DNA of 64,000 nt from assembly GCA_028534125.1 (NCBI GenBank), contig CM052817.1:53508001-53572000 (forward strand), given 5' to 3'. The stretch comes from Lama glama (Eukaryota). Of the stretch, positions 61,786-64,000 are shown one piece after another; position 1 is the stretch's first letter; the number at the start of each line of letters is the position of its first letter. A program made the translations under genes and the position numbers. A model generated the notes under the pieces. That model was not told the DNA's origin. It ran no database searches and saw only the letters and a program-made list of their open reading frames with translations.

Positions 61786-62084
61786 TCTTAACCTTTGTCA
61801 GGTAATGGCTATTTCTGTTGTTTTGTTTTGTTTTCAAGTGCTTGGGGCAAAGCACTTTAGAGAAAGATCATGAGCTCCAGGGGATGACACGGAACGAAGG
61901 GATTAAGAACTGACCCAGAAGCAGGAATTGTCCTCATAATAGTCAGTCCTGAACAGACTACTACGAGGAAAATGTAACCTTACTCTGAGTTACCTGGGAT
62001 GGGGTTCACCTTATTTTACTTCACCTAGATTTGGATATCAGTGGAAAGGACAATCCCCAAGTCCAGGAGGTCTTGCTGATCAAA

Positions 62085-62742
62085 AATCTCCCACTGGTTT
62101 CCCCGTCCACCTCTTGCTCTACTCGTCTATTCACCCACACAATAAGCATCCTGAGTGAGCTTTCAAAAATGCAAATCTGATTATGTTACTTCTGTAACAC
62201 AATCACGGCTTTAATACTGCAGTGGGTCCTCACTGCTCAACAATACAGTATAAGGTCTGTAACATCATCAATTAGACCTCCGCTGACTGGGCCTCTGCTA
62301 CCACTCCAGCCTCCTCTCTCGCATTCCTCTCTTTTACTTTGTTTTTCAGCTGCACTGAATATTCAGTTCCTCTGAAACAAGTCAAGTTTCCTCTTACCCC
62401 TCACAGTCTCACATGCTCAGTCAACAAGAACATTTTTCATCATTCCCCTCCTCCATCTCTTTGCGTCTGTGGCATCTTTACTTGATTAGCCTACTCCTTC
62501 AGGTCCAAACTTATCTATCATTTCTTCTGGAAAGTCTTCCCTGACACACCCGGTTTAAACTTGAACTTTGAACTGATGTCATTAAAGCACTCATCACCAC
62601 GAATTAATTTGCTTATTTGTTCATATTCTTAACCAGGCTGTAAGCAACACTGTGGATGAAGGGACATTGACTCCTCCATGCCTAAATCAGAGCTTGGTAT
62701 TGTGCAGTCATTAAATACCGAGTTGACTGATTGACTGAATAA
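62085..62742 (+). mobile_element. L2 3' portion
   Basis: CCTGAGTGAGCTTTCAAAAATGCAAATCTGATTATGTTACTTC...CCACTCCAGCCTCCTCTCTC...GGAAAGTCTTCCCTGAC...GTTGACTGATTGACTGAAT. Confidence 0.85.
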
Positions 62743-63370
62743 TAGAATCATTACAGTTTCAATTAATGAGGAACATCTGAGTCATCTTAAAACTCTGACA
62801 GTTCTATGAGAAAACCTTGTTTGGGAACTGAAGGATACCTTTAAAGATTTCACAGTTCTTATTTGGCTTTTATTTTGTGAATTTGGGATTTTGGCAGGAG
62901 AACCACTTTATAAATAGCTCAGAAGACCTGGATGGCAACTAGAAATATAGGCACAAGGAACTTATCATCATGAGAGAAATGAACCGCCTTCTCCAGCAGA
63001 GAGGAACCTGGACAACTCTAAACCATCAGACCTAGAGGTTAATGGTAGGTGGATTTCAATTACAGCTAAAATTAATAGTCACTGGGACCAGCTAAATTAA
63101 TACTATCTCCTTCCTAATATTGTCAGTTTTTTAGAGGACCAGAAGGAGCTCCCTCTCATTTCATCTTCATAGGCCTCTTCCTAGATCCAGGCACATGTGT
63201 AGTTCTGAAGAAGGAACTCTGATCTGATACTACCTTCCCCCGGAATCCTTCCCTGACCTCTTCTTTCACCTAATTCCTTGTCCATCACCCCTGGCTGGGC
63301 CAGAGTACCTCTGTTCCCATGCTCTTACTACATGTATGTTTACTTCGATCTCCCTCTCTCACCTGGGAAC

Positions 63371-63622
63371 TTTCTTTTTTTTTTTTTAATGTGTTACAGG
63401 TATACAATGTAGTGAGTCTCAATTTTTAAAGGTTATGCTCCATTTATAGTTATTATAGAAAACTGGCTATATTTCCTGTGTTGTACAATATATCCTTGTA
63501 GCTTATTTTACATCTAATAAATATAATATACCTAAGTTTTATACCTACCTTTGTACCTCTCACTCCCCTCTCTATATTGCCCGCCTCACCTTCTCTCTCC
63601 CCACTAGTAACCAGTAGTTTTT
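63371..63622 (-). mobile_element. Cetartiodactyl L1 3' end (L1_Art-like), 5'-truncated
   Basis: PolyT then GGTTATGCTCCATTTATAGTTATTATAGAAAACTGGCTATATTTCCTGTGTTGTACAATATATCCTTGTAGCTTAT...CCCCACTAGTAACCAGTAGTT. Confidence 0.85.
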
Positions 63623-63723
63623 TAATTTATTGAAATATATCGGTTGATACTTAGGTACATTTAAATGTCTGAAGATCATACTTGAGATTATTAAATTTTA
63701 ATTATGTTACCTATGATTTTTAT

Positions 63724-63956
63724 AATGTAGTGGATGGGAGTGTGAATTCTGGAGTTCAGTTGCCTAGGTTCAAATTCAAACTTCGTGACTATGAACAGTG
63801 TGACCTGAAGGAAGTTATTTCAACTATTTCTATCTTAGTTTTCTTACATGAAAAATTGGGATAATATGACCTAACCAACAGAGATGTTTGTAAGCATTAA
63901 ATAAATGGCATGCTAAGCACTCGAAACAGTACATGGCATATAGGACATTCAATGTT
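63724..63956 (+). mobile_element. MIR, near full length
   Basis: TGTAGTGGATGGGAGTGTGAATTCTGGAGTTCAGTTGCCTAGGTTCAAAT...TGTGACCTGAAGGAAGTTATTTCAAC...TAAGCACTCGAAACAGTACATGG. Confidence 0.85.
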
Positions 63957-64000
63957 AAAATTTCACCTCCACAAGCCATAAAAGACTGAGTAACATTTCT

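Overview
AT-rich eutherian (mammalian) genomic DNA that is intergenic or deep intronic. I find no supportable protein-coding gene, RNA gene, CRISPR array or prokaryotic system; the listed ORFs are LINE remnants, low-complexity sequence or chance. A tRNA-derived SINE of the camelid (Vic-1-like) type and camelid/cetartiodactyl-style L1 3' tails point to a camel, alpaca or llama; I saw no Alu, BovB/Bov-A, PRE-1 or SINEC. The window is largely layered transposon fossils: a full-length but dead ~6.25 kb L1 (3875-10120, 15-bp TSD) nested in an older L1, a second old internally deleted L1ME, HAL1, many L2/MIR fragments, MaLR/ERVL/ERV1-type solo LTRs and DNA transposons (Tigger1 derivative, MER63, MER94, MER5). 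The most interesting non-repeat signals are candidate cis-regulatory elements: a PBX-HOX/MEIS/FOX cluster overlapping a 75-nt exon-like segment with stops in all frames (~16.7 kb), an RFX/SOX/POU-rich CpG-retaining block (~24.1-24.8 kb), an AP-1/MARE cluster (~28.7-29.3 kb) and an intact CCAAT-ETS-TATA module in an old LTR (~51.3 kb). I cannot claim a novel biological system. Repeat family names come from recalled consensus sequences and need RepeatMasker/Dfam confirmation; boundaries without TSDs are approximate.
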